The notes under the pieces are model-generated. The model saw only the letters and a list, made by a program, of their open reading frames with translations. It was not told the origin of the DNA and ran no database searches. The position numbers and the translations under genes were made by a program. This document shows positions 19,262 to 27,632 of a stretch of 33,248 bases of DNA, piece by piece. Position 1 is the stretch's first letter. Every line of letters begins with the position of its first letter. The DNA is taken from sequence record SRR31156797_5992. One strand, written 5' to 3'.

Positions 19262-19823
19262 AGCTTATTTCCGCCTCACTCTTCCTCATATAAAGAGGAG
19301 AGTAGTCAGTTATAAAATCATTAAATTTATCAGATAGTATCGCTTTTGAAAGGTCGCTCCATTCACCGCCGGAATTAATAACCAGATAGCCATCAGCGCC
19401 TTCTAGCTTCTCTGTCTTATAATCAGAGTAAACACCACTCAAAAAATCATACTCTCTGTAACCGTAAAGTTTCCCTCTGAGCTTGGTTGCGGTCTTAACC
19501 ACGTCCTGCCCAGAGACCAGTGCAGCAGCATCAAGAGAGCTTATCCCCTCAAGTTTTTTACCACATGACAAACAAAACCCGAGCAAACTCCCAACACCTA
19601 TTCTGATGCCGGTGAATGACCCGGGTCCGGTAACTATATAATATTTATCGATATCTTGCGGTCTCAAGCCGGAAGTCTGAAAAATGAAGTCCATCACTGA
19701 CATCATCTTTTCGCTCATTCTGTTTTCAAGCTTTACACTTACAGATGCGAGGACATTGCTGTCTTCGTCGCAAACCGTAGCAGAAAGCCCTTTACCCGAG
19801 GTGTCCACAAGGATTTTGCTCAT
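19236..19823 (-). CDS. tsaB: tRNA threonylcarbamoyltransferase dimerization subunit TsaB
   Basis: ILVDTS, GPGSFTGIRIG, GISSLD, P.Y.RKSEAE. Confidence 0.88.
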   Translation of the reverse strand: MSKILVDTSGKGLSATVCDEDSNVLASVSVKLENRMSEKMMSVMDFIFQTSGLRPQDIDKYYIVTGPGSFTGIRIGVGSLLGFCLSCGKKLEGISSLDAAALVSGQDVVKTATKLRGKLYGYREYDFLSGVYSDYKTEKLEGADGYLVINSGGEWSDLSKAILSDKFNDFITDYSPLYMRKSEAEISFDQRNKAC

Positions 19824-19830
19824 TTGAAAT

Positions 19831-19858
19831 ATACTATCAGAAATTATTTATAAGTCAA
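19831..19858 (-). promoter_or_regulatory. Putative promoter giving a leaderless tsaB transcript
   Basis: TTGACT-16 bp-TAGTAT-7 nt-ATG, no SD. Confidence 0.55.
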
Positions 19859-19891
19859 CACGTCAAATAGATGTTCAATCCACTGCTGTGA

Positions 19892-20512
19892 CTAAAGAAA
19901 AGGATTATAACTCTTTTCGTGACCTATACTGCTGGCAGGACCGTGCCCAGGGTAAACCTTAGTCTCCTCCGGAAGCGTAAAAAGCCCATCCCTGATGCTA
20001 TTTAGAAGCTGGTCAGTGCTGGCATAAGGGAAGTCTGAGCGACCGACAGATTCGAGAAATAGTGTATCGCCAGTCAGAACGGATTCGATCCCTTTGATAT
20101 ATAAGGATACTCCGCCTGGAGAGTGCCCTGGTGTATGGATCACCGTAATCTTTATACCTTCAAAATCAAGCTCAGCCTTATCCTCTAGGTAGCTTGTAAC
20201 CTGTGGGTTTCTCATCTTATCAAAACCGAACATTACTGATGTCTCAGCTCCGTGGGAACAGAGAAATTCGTCATCCTTGTGAAGCATAAAAGGTATATCA
20301 TACTTCTCAATAAGAGCAGTAATACCTCCAATATGATCGAAATGACCGTGCGTATTTACTATCGCAACAGGCTGTAAAGAGTTTGACTCAAGGAATTTGA
20401 TTATCTCATCAGCGTGACCGCCCGGGTCAACAACCACCGCTTTACCATTCTCAGAAATTATATAACAATTGACCCCAAGAGGACCAACAACCATCGAATT
20501 AAGTTCCATCAT
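19892..20512 (-). CDS. MBL-fold metallo-hydrolase (glyoxalase II/YcbL-like)
   Basis: THGHFDH, TPGHSPG, TGDTLF..SVGRSD, PGHG. Confidence 0.92.
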   Translation of the reverse strand: MMELNSMVVGPLGVNCYIISENGKAVVVDPGGHADEIIKFLESNSLQPVAIVNTHGHFDHIGGITALIEKYDIPFMLHKDDEFLCSHGAETSVMFGFDKMRNPQVTSYLEDKAELDFEGIKITVIHTPGHSPGGVSLYIKGIESVLTGDTLFLESVGRSDFPYASTDQLLNSIRDGLFTLPEETKVYPGHGPASSIGHEKSYNPFL

Positions 20513-20532
20513 CTTTCTCCGTGCTTTTTAAA

Positions 20533-20979
20533 CTACTTTGATTCTAATATTATTGTCACAGGGCCGTCATTTTCAAGCCCTACTTTCATGTCAGCAGCAA
20601 ACTTACCAGTCTGCACCCTGTCCACGCCTAGTTCATCTCTGCAATATTTATTAAATAATTCGTAATATTCGTTTGCTGTTTCAGGCTCCATAGAGTTGCT
20701 GAAATCAGGTCTGAGACCTTTCTTACAGTTTCCAGCCAGAGTAAACTGGCTCACCACTATGATCTCGCCATCTATATCTTTAACCGACCTGCCCATCTTA
20801 CCATTTTCGTCGGTGAAAATCCTCAGTTTAACAGCCTTAAGTGCCAATTCTTTGCAAAAAACTTCTTCGTCACCCTTCTCTACTCCGAAAAGTATCAGAA
20901 GCCCTTTAGCTATATCAGCGACCCTTTCGCCGTCTATATCAACATATGCGCTATTGACTCTCTGTAAAACAAGTTTCAT
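20533..20979 (-). CDS. dtd: D-aminoacyl-tRNA deacylase
   Basis: MKLVLQRV, VSQFTL, NDGPVT. True start ATG at 20979 overlaps the murJ TGA (ATGA). Confidence 0.93.
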   Translation of the reverse strand: MKLVLQRVNSAYVDIDGERVADIAKGLLILFGVEKGDEEVFCKELALKAVKLRIFTDENGKMGRSVKDIDGEIIVVSQFTLAGNCKKGLRPDFSNSMEPETANEYYELFNKYCRDELGVDRVQTGKFAADMKVGLENDGPVTIILESK

Positions 20980-22457
20980 CTGAGTACACTCCTGATGCGA
21001 ACCCCTGTTAAACGGAGGCTTGCGAAGTATAAAACTGCTCCGATGGCTATTACAGGGAGTATGTTTAACCCTATATAATAAAGCCAGTAGGTCACCCCGC
21101 CCATTACAGCACAAGCAAAAGCAAGCTTTAATATAAAGACCATATTATCAAAAAACTGATAGTTATAGTCACGAAGTTTGAAATATAAATATGTGCAGTT
21201 CATAGCAGCGGCTATTGCTGACGCTAACGCTATACCAGCATGCCCCATAGGTTTTATAAGGATAAGGTTAAAGACAACATTGGCCACAAGACCTATAACA
21301 GCACCCTTTACAGGTGTTTTCATATCTTTTTCTGAGTGGAACACCCTGCTGAAAACATTGAGCAGTGAGAAGAACATCAGTCCGGCAGTATACATCTGTA
21401 GGGCGTAAGCGGTCGCTGAAACATTATCCGCCGTAAAGCTCATTCTCGCATACACTATATCTATTATAGGGTGAGCGAGAACTATCAAACCTGTTGTAGC
21501 CGGAAGCATAATTATAAAGATAGCATTAATAGCCTTATCAATCAGCCCATTACGTCTACCCATGTCGCCGTCAGTATTTGCACGACTAATCTCTGTGAGT
21601 GTAACCGTTCCCACAGCTACAGCGAACATGCCGAGTGGAAACTGGAAAAGTCTATTAGCATAATATAGATACGATATACTCCCTACCGCAAGGAACGATG
21701 CAAGCACACGACCGATTAGAAAATTAAGCTGAGTTACACCCACACCTGCAAGTGACGGCACAACTAGTAGAAAAGTCTTTCTGACGTCTTTACTGAACCC
21801 GTCTTTAAGATTTGGTCTGTACCCTTTCATAAATGCGGCTGTCTGAACATAAGCGAGCTGTAATATACCGCCAGCAAAAACACCGTAGCATAAATACATT
21901 ATATCTATACCTTTCAGATAGCCTACCCATGCACCAGCGATCATAGCAATATTCAGTATTGCAGATGATGACTGAGGAATATAGTAACTCCCTTTAAGGT
22001 TAAGATAACCAGCGAGCAGAGCACATATAGTTACAAAGAGCAGGTAAGGCATAAGGACAACAAGCATATTCGCCGCTTTTGAAATCAGCTCAACGTCATC
22101 AGCATATCCAGGCATAAAGAGTGTAACAACCTGATGTGGAAAAATTACTGAAATAATTAGTATTACAGATATCATAAGTGTAACAGCAATTATCAGGCTG
22201 GTGAGATAATTATCTGCCGCCTGCTTGCTCTTATGTGTCATATTATCACTTAGAAACGGTACGAAAGCAGAAGAGAGCGCACCCTCTGCAAAGAAGGCTC
22301 TGAAGAGGTTTGGGATAGCGAACGCAACAAAGAAAGCATCCGTCAGACCGCTTGCGCCGAAAAAGCCGGCGATAACAACATCACGTATAAAGCCGAATAT
22401 CCTGCTGGTGAAAATTCCGAGCCCTGATTTCAGTATTTTTTGCATAAATCCAGACAT
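20976..22457 (-). CDS. murJ: Lipid II flippase MurJ
   Basis: SRIFGFIRD, DAFFVAFAIPNLFRAFFAEGALS.AFVP, YANRLFQFPLG. Confidence 0.96.
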   Translation of the reverse strand: MSGFMQKILKSGLGIFTSRIFGFIRDVVIAGFFGASGLTDAFFVAFAIPNLFRAFFAEGALSSAFVPFLSDNMTHKSKQAADNYLTSLIIAVTLMISVILIISVIFPHQVVTLFMPGYADDVELISKAANMLVVLMPYLLFVTICALLAGYLNLKGSYYIPQSSSAILNIAMIAGAWVGYLKGIDIMYLCYGVFAGGILQLAYVQTAAFMKGYRPNLKDGFSKDVRKTFLLVVPSLAGVGVTQLNFLIGRVLASFLAVGSISYLYYANRLFQFPLGMFAVAVGTVTLTEISRANTDGDMGRRNGLIDKAINAIFIIMLPATTGLIVLAHPIIDIVYARMSFTADNVSATAYALQMYTAGLMFFSLLNVFSRVFHSEKDMKTPVKGAVIGLVANVVFNLILIKPMGHAGIALASAIAAAMNCTYLYFKLRDYNYQFFDNMVFILKLAFACAVMGGVTYWLYYIGLNILPVIAIGAVLYFASLRLTGVRIRSVLR

Positions 22458-22493
22458 GACAAATGTTTTCCTTTATTTTTAATGCAAATTCAC

Positions 22494-22529
22494 TTTACAC
22501 CTTATATGACATCAGATATAATGTGTAAA
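22494..22529. promoter_or_regulatory. Palindromic overlapping promoters for ihfB (+) and murJ (-)
   Basis: Plus strand TTTACA-17-TATAAT (22494-22522); minus strand TTTACA-17-TATAAG (22529-22501). Confidence 0.65.
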
Positions 22530-22576
22530 TAAAAAAAATGTTTTAACTAATTGACATTTGCACGGAGATAAAGGTT

Positions 22577-22861
22577 ATGACTAAATCAGAACTTATCGAA
22601 GTAATCTCGACTCAGAATCAAGAACTCACAAAAAAGCAGGTTGAATTCATCGTTAACGGCGTATTCTCCTCAGTAAAAGACGCGCTTAAAACTGGCGACA
22701 AAGTAGAGATCAGAGGCTTCGGAAGCTTTAAGATCAGAGAGAAGAACTCTAAAACTGGGCGCAACCCTAAAACTGGCGACAAAGTTGAAGTACCTTCTAA
22801 GAATGTACCTTACTTTAAGCCTGGTAAAGAGATCAAAGAACTCCTTATCAAAGCTGACTAG
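22577..22861 (+). CDS. ihfB: Integration host factor subunit beta (HU/IHF family)
   Basis: MTKSELIE, VEIRGFGSF, GRNPKTG, VPYFKPGKE. Confidence 0.88.
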   Translation: MTKSELIEVISTQNQELTKKQVEFIVNGVFSSVKDALKTGDKVEIRGFGSFKIREKNSKTGRNPKTGDKVEVPSKNVPYFKPGKEIKELLIKAD

Positions 22862-23015
22862 AGTCTTCTGGCGGGCGTATATCAGATTCTTTCGGGGTTT
22901 GGTTTAGGCTTGCTGTTATTTTTCACTGGCTCATACGGGCTGGTGTATCGAACTGATACATGGCACTCACTTAATTGTGACGTGTTGATATAGTATTACC
23001 TAATTGTCATCCCTG

Positions 23016-23354
23016 TTAGAACTTTTTGTTTATCAGGGATGATTTTCCACTCTTAGCACTATATTTCTTTCTGAGATGTTCTCTGCATATATTTCTTCGA
23101 ATATCACCATGAATAGAATCTTTCTCAGACATGAGTTTTGCTTCCAGGTCTCTATTCATTATCTCTACATTTTCAATATCTTCTAAAAGCTCTTCTTTGT
23201 TATCTATAAGAGATAATATCTGAGTAAGCTGTTTAAGGCATGATTGATACGAACTAGCTTTTTTCAGCAGTTCATCACTGGACTTAGTGTCCATAAGTTG
23301 CTTATGTATTTTGGTTAATTCAGCATAAAGCTGTATGAAATCGTTTTTAGACAT
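23016..23354 (-). CDS. Helical protein, possible FliT/FlgN-like flagellar chaperone
   Basis: 112 aa amphipathic helices with C-terminal Y...S.LINKK, located downstream of fliD-fliS. Function is inference. Confidence 0.5.
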   Translation of the reverse strand: MSKNDFIQLYAELTKIHKQLMDTKSSDELLKKASSYQSCLKQLTQILSLIDNKEELLEDIENVEIMNRDLEAKLMSEKDSIHGDIRRNICREHLRKKYSAKSGKSSLINKKF

Positions 23355-23360
23355 AGTGGT

Positions 23361-23389
23361 ATGGTATAAAATTTTTATAAATATAACAA
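23361..23389 (-). promoter_or_regulatory. Putative promoter giving a leaderless FliT-like transcript
   Basis: TTGTTA-17 bp-TACCAT-6 nt-ATG, no SD. Confidence 0.55.
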
Positions 23390-23422
23390 CATAAAGTGCT
23401 TAGTCTGAGAGTTAATCAGTTA

Positions 23423-23761
23423 TTATTCAAATGGATAAAACTGCATTACTGCATCAGGGCTAGCCTTTTTATGTGCATTCATTGCGTTCTCTGTATCGTC
23501 CATGAACTGCTTCTTCAGTTCTTCGATCATGTCAAAAGCTTCTTCTTCTGACTGAAGCGAAGAGTTAGAAGATGCTGCAAGTCTGTTTTCGTTTCTAATA
23601 CCGATAACGTCAGCAATATATTGCTTTTCGGAATCGCCATTTTTTTCAGACTTGGCATTATCCTGAACTTTCTGAGAACCCTCAGATTGTGATTTCTTCC
23701 TGTCAACACTGGAGAACTTGTCTCTTAAGTTGATGACAGCGCTTTCGTTTTTAACTACCAT
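23423..23761 (-). CDS. Hypothetical protein with flagellin C-terminal-like segment
   Basis: Starts 6 nt after the fliS stop. Disordered N-half, then ENRLAA...LKKQ...AMNAH....P..V. Confidence 0.65.
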   Translation of the reverse strand: MVVKNESAVINLRDKFSSVDRKKSQSEGSQKVQDNAKSEKNGDSEKQYIADVIGIRNENRLAASSNSSLQSEEEAFDMIEELKKQFMDDTENAMNAHKKASPDAVMQFYPFE

Positions 23762-23767
23762 TAATTT

Positions 23768-24187
23768 TTATCCGGCAAAGTTTATCGATTTTGTTTCTTC
23801 CTGTTCCTGTTTAAGAGTTCCCTCTTCTTTAGCAACAACATCCTTCCAGGCTTCTCTAAGCGAGGACATCAGCTTGACAACACTTTCGATTTTCTCTTTA
23901 TCCTTCTCTTTGTTCGCTTCAACAAGCTGCCATATCATGAAGTCATAAAGTCTCATGAGGTTCTTTGATATTTCGCCTGCGTCCATGTTAAGAGTGGACA
24001 TGAGTTCATAAATGATGTTTTGTGCTTTCATAATGTTATTGTGTGATTCCTGAATGTTTCCATCACCGATGGACTTCTGGGCCACACGCATAAACTTGAT
24101 CGCACCATCATACAGAAGCAGCACCAGCTTTCCTTTGGTTGCTCCCTCTACTTCCTGTTTAATGTAATTCTTGTACGGACTCTGCAT
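23768..24187 (-). CDS. fliS: Flagellar export chaperone FliS
   Basis: PY..Y....V..AT...LVLLLYDGAI, KAQNII.EL...L, NL..LYDFM, LREAW. Confidence 0.95.
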   Translation of the reverse strand: MQSPYKNYIKQEVEGATKGKLVLLLYDGAIKFMRVAQKSIGDGNIQESHNNIMKAQNIIYELMSTLNMDAGEISKNLMRLYDFMIWQLVEANKEKDKEKIESVVKLMSSLREAWKDVVAKEEGTLKQEQEETKSINFAG

Positions 24188-24213
24188 ATAAACGACTCCT
24201 TTCGTAAATAATA

Positions 24214-26874
24214 TTATCCGGCCGCATTACTAAAATCTGCAGCTTGCGACTGAGCATCAGCTATCGCCATTTCCATAGCGGTAAACTTTGCCCAATATCT
24301 CTCTAATTGCTGTTCAACTCTGTCTTCTTGATCAACAATTCGGTCTTCTACTCTAACTAGTTCATCATATATACTTCCACTGGTTCCAAGTTTGGAACCG
24401 ATCATCCCTTCGTCAGAAGTATATCTATCATTTATCATCTCTGAGTAATATCTGGACCACCCAAGTTCATTTTGGTAGCCGTTATAGTCAACATCTTCAT
24501 CAATATCCGAAGATTGAGAGAAGAAATTGAATACGTCATCAGAGTTATTGCTGAGTGCATCAATAAAGTCACTATTGTCTTTTAATGTTTCAGCTATAGT
24601 TTCATAATCGGTTGAATTCTCTACAAGATAACCTAATTGTTCCTTTTCATAGTCGCCAGCACCATAAACATCTATACCAAGATCTGACATATCATTTATA
24701 GATCCGGCAATACCAGGCCTTACAGAGAAGAAAACATTTCTTAAAGTTGTATCCATATTTTTTAGCTCAGAGCTTCGCCTGATGATGTCTTCTTTAGTGA
24801 GCTGCTCATAATCTTCCTGATAATCCTCTATGTCAGTATCAGACATTGACTCTTTCGCCGTATCAGTGAGGTAGACCATACTGTCCCTGTCGTCCTCATC
24901 GTAGTCAGGAATGTTAAGCTCAGCCATTATCTCATTATAATGAGCTACAAATTTTGCAAAAGCATCTACTGCCTTATCTGTATCAATTGATATCTCGATA
25001 GTAGCAGCAGTGGTGCTCTCACCATTGAGCGCAAGGGTTACACCATTAATAATGTCAGAAACAGAGTTGGAATCTCTCACATAAGTCTGACCATCAACTT
25101 CAACAATTGCACTCTTACCTTCGGTTCCGATAGTGGATGTTGTAGTCGTATCAAGCGTAAGGTTAAATGATTCAAGCAGATTGCTAGTATCAGTTGAGGA
25201 TCCAACTTCTATAGCGTCTGTGCTATCAGATGTAAGAGTGACTTTATCAGAGATAGAGTCGTAAGCCATAGTTACGCCAGCACCGGATTTATTAACTTTT
25301 TCGATAACATCCGATAAAGTATCAACACCAGCATCAACATATATAGAAACTCCGTTTATGGAGAATGTTCCGGAGTATGGATATTCTGTAAATCCTGCAT
25401 TCTGCAAATCTTCTGTAGTATCAATATTTCCGGATGTCTGACCCTGTTCATATGTTCTCTCTGAAGCGCTAAGGTTCATAATGCTCAACAGGTTACTAGT
25501 ATCGGTATATGAGCCGATTGTTATGGTTGTCGCACCTGTGTCATTTGAACGAAGCTCTATTTTATCTGTTGCAGAATCATAGCTTGCCACAACTCCTGCA
25601 CCAGAAGCGTTTATCATACCGATAAGCTCATTTACACTTGTATCGGTATAGTCATCGATTGTGATTTTAGTATCGTTAATAGTAAAATAACCGTTAGAGT
25701 TCTCATCTACAGTTTCACTAAAACCGGCATTTTCCAAGCCTGCCACAGAGACATCAAGCCCTACTCCGCCAGAAACCTGCGCACTAGTATATTTAGTATA
25801 TGTGTCAGAAGATACATTAAGTGATGAGTCCTGATTAATTGAGAATGAACCCTCTGTAAGTATTGCTCCGTCGTATGCCAAAGAGTATGTCGCTCCAGCA
25901 ACAGCGCCTGCGGTCTTATGTAAAACTTTATCTGTTAGGTTTTCAAGAGTATCTGCAACATGGTATTTATAAATAGAATCAGTGGAACTTGTAGTAGGAG
26001 TATAAGCCTCAGCAAAACCGAGCTCATCCCTGAGAGTCCCTGCGTCTGTTCCGCCAAGAGATATCTGGTAATCGTCAACAGTGGTTTCATAAAGAGCGAT
26101 ACTCCAGTCACCTGAATCATACTCAGCTCTGATTGTCACATACTGCTGTGCATTTGTACCCATGGATGAGTTCAAACCAGCATTAATATTAAATTCAAGA
26201 TTAGCAGCGAGAGAAGTTATGTCATCACCGGTGCTTGCGAAAGTCTCATTGATTGTAAGAGTCTGAGCATCACCATTCTCATCAGTGTAAGAGACAGTAA
26301 TATCCCCAGCAAAATCTGCTAGAAGCTCTCCGTAAGAATCGACATTCGCTCCATCTATATCAGCACCTGCGGACTTAGGTATATAAGTCAGTCCGTCAGG
26401 TTTAAGTTCAGTAGTAGAAACATAGTCTGAACCAGAAGCCTCAATAGTAACTTCGCTAACGCCCTCAAGATTATCATCTGACAAACCTGAAACCCCAGTA
26501 ACGACACTGCCAGCATCTACGATTGAAAACCGTGAATAAGTAGACGAAGCCATAGCGTTATTAGCCATCTGGACAACTTTAATTGAATGAGAACCAACAG
26601 CGGCCTCAGCAGTAGCTGAAGCTGTTACAGTTGACTCATTAGTCGAGGTCGTATCTTTAGTTTTAAAGGTTGACTCAAGGCGCAAAGTAAGGAGATCACT
26701 TGTAAGGTTACCTAGCTTGTCGTTGAAATCTTCATAGACCTCTTCCTCAAGCAAAACCTTACTACGATCACCATATAATGCATCGACAGGAACCTGTGCC
26801 TGCTCAATAAGCTGTTCAACGAGAGCGTTTGTATCCATTCCTGATACAATACCACCAACTTGTATTCCGGCCAT
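24214..26874 (-). CDS. fliD: Flagellar filament capping protein FliD (HAP2), enlarged
   Basis: N-terminal GIVSGMDTNALVEQLI, SNSVSDIINGVTLAL, FVAHYN, C-terminal RYWAKFTAME; adjacent to fliS. Confidence 0.92.
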   Translation of the reverse strand: MAGIQVGGIVSGMDTNALVEQLIEQAQVPVDALYGDRSKVLLEEEVYEDFNDKLGNLTSDLLTLRLESTFKTKDTTSTNESTVTASATAEAAVGSHSIKVVQMANNAMASSTYSRFSIVDAGSVVTGVSGLSDDNLEGVSEVTIEASGSDYVSTTELKPDGLTYIPKSAGADIDGANVDSYGELLADFAGDITVSYTDENGDAQTLTINETFASTGDDITSLAANLEFNINAGLNSSMGTNAQQYVTIRAEYDSGDWSIALYETTVDDYQISLGGTDAGTLRDELGFAEAYTPTTSSTDSIYKYHVADTLENLTDKVLHKTAGAVAGATYSLAYDGAILTEGSFSINQDSSLNVSSDTYTKYTSAQVSGGVGLDVSVAGLENAGFSETVDENSNGYFTINDTKITIDDYTDTSVNELIGMINASGAGVVASYDSATDKIELRSNDTGATTITIGSYTDTSNLLSIMNLSASERTYEQGQTSGNIDTTEDLQNAGFTEYPYSGTFSINGVSIYVDAGVDTLSDVIEKVNKSGAGVTMAYDSISDKVTLTSDSTDAIEVGSSTDTSNLLESFNLTLDTTTTSTIGTEGKSAIVEVDGQTYVRDSNSVSDIINGVTLALNGESTTAATIEISIDTDKAVDAFAKFVAHYNEIMAELNIPDYDEDDRDSMVYLTDTAKESMSDTDIEDYQEDYEQLTKEDIIRRSSELKNMDTTLRNVFFSVRPGIAGSINDMSDLGIDVYGAGDYEKEQLGYLVENSTDYETIAETLKDNSDFIDALSNNSDDVFNFFSQSSDIDEDVDYNGYQNELGWSRYYSEMINDRYTSDEGMIGSKLGTSGSIYDELVRVEDRIVDQEDRVEQQLERYWAKFTAMEMAIADAQSQAADFSNAAG

Positions 26875-26900
26875 CCTTGACCCTCCTATGGATATCAGCC

Positions 26901-26927
26901 TTATCGGCTGTTTTGTTATTTTCTTTA
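26901..26927 (-). promoter_or_regulatory. Sigma28 (FliA) promoter of the fliD operon
   Basis: TAAA-N15-GCCGATAA, exact consensus, followed by AGGAGG SD. Confidence 0.9.
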
Positions 26928-26970
26928 GAAAAAAATTGCCACAAATGCGAAAATGTATTACAACCGAGGC

Positions 26971-27588
26971 ATGAAAAAAATACTTGTTTACGACTGCGAC
27001 GGTGTCCTCTTCAATAGCGAAAAAGCCATTATCGGCTATTACGACTTTATTTTCGAGAAATTCAACTTACCAGCAATAGACTGGAGCGTTGAACAAAACC
27101 TCAGACTCGCCATGATGAACACCAGCCGGGAAATTATCGAGGCATTCACTAAGGACGACGATATCAGCGAAGAGATGTTACATTTTGCCGCTAACACTAA
27201 TTTCAGGAAATTTCTTCCCCTTATGGAGCCTGCGCCAAACATCTTTGAAACGCTGAAAAAGCTTGAGTCCAAGGGCTACACCCTTACAGTATGCACAAAC
27301 AGAGGTATTTCCCTTGAGTACCTGCTCGAATACTTCGACATGGGAAATTTTTTCGCTTATACAATCTCAACACTAGATGTAGCAAAACCTAAGCCAGATC
27401 CTGAAGGATTGCATAAAATTATGGATAAATTTCAGGTAAAAAATAAAGATCTTCTGTTTGTAGGTGATTCTTTTACAGACTACTACGCAGCGAAAGCAGC
27501 AGACGTGCCTTTTGTCGCTTATGAAAACAAGCTCGAAGAGAGCCCTGTAATGAAGGATCATATGGAGATTTTTGATTATCTCGACTAG
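26971..27588 (+). CDS. HAD family hydrolase (phosphoglycolate phosphatase-like)
   Basis: YDCDGVL, CTN, KPKPDP, FVGDS..D. Start moved to ATG at 26971 (MKKILVYD). Confidence 0.9.
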   Translation: MKKILVYDCDGVLFNSEKAIIGYYDFIFEKFNLPAIDWSVEQNLRLAMMNTSREIIEAFTKDDDISEEMLHFAANTNFRKFLPLMEPAPNIFETLKKLESKGYTLTVCTNRGISLEYLLEYFDMGNFFAYTISTLDVAKPKPDPEGLHKIMDKFQVKNKDLLFVGDSFTDYYAAKAADVPFVAYENKLEESPVMKDHMEIFDYLD

Positions 27589-27632
27589 GGTCGAGCGCCA
27601 TATTTAGAGTGGAGTATTTGTGCTGCCACGCA

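Noticed and set aside
20980-21114. N-terminal extension of Dtd in the ORF track
   Set aside because: It lies inside murJ, and the family start MKLVLQRV overlaps the murJ stop
22865-22970. tRNA, SRP or 6S RNA (minus strand has GTTCGA and a CCA near the end)
   Set aside because: No cloverleaf, GTTCGA is near the 5' end, there is no SRP GGAA/AGCAG motif, and it is short for 6S. Kept only as an unassigned structured region.
22961-22976. Sigma54-like TGGCAC, and TGGCAA on the minus strand near 26941
   Set aside because: Both lack the -12 TTGC at the required spacing
27580-27595. CTCGAC-TAGG-GTCGAG hairpin at the HAD stop
   Set aside because: No U-tract on either strand, so it is not supportable as a terminator
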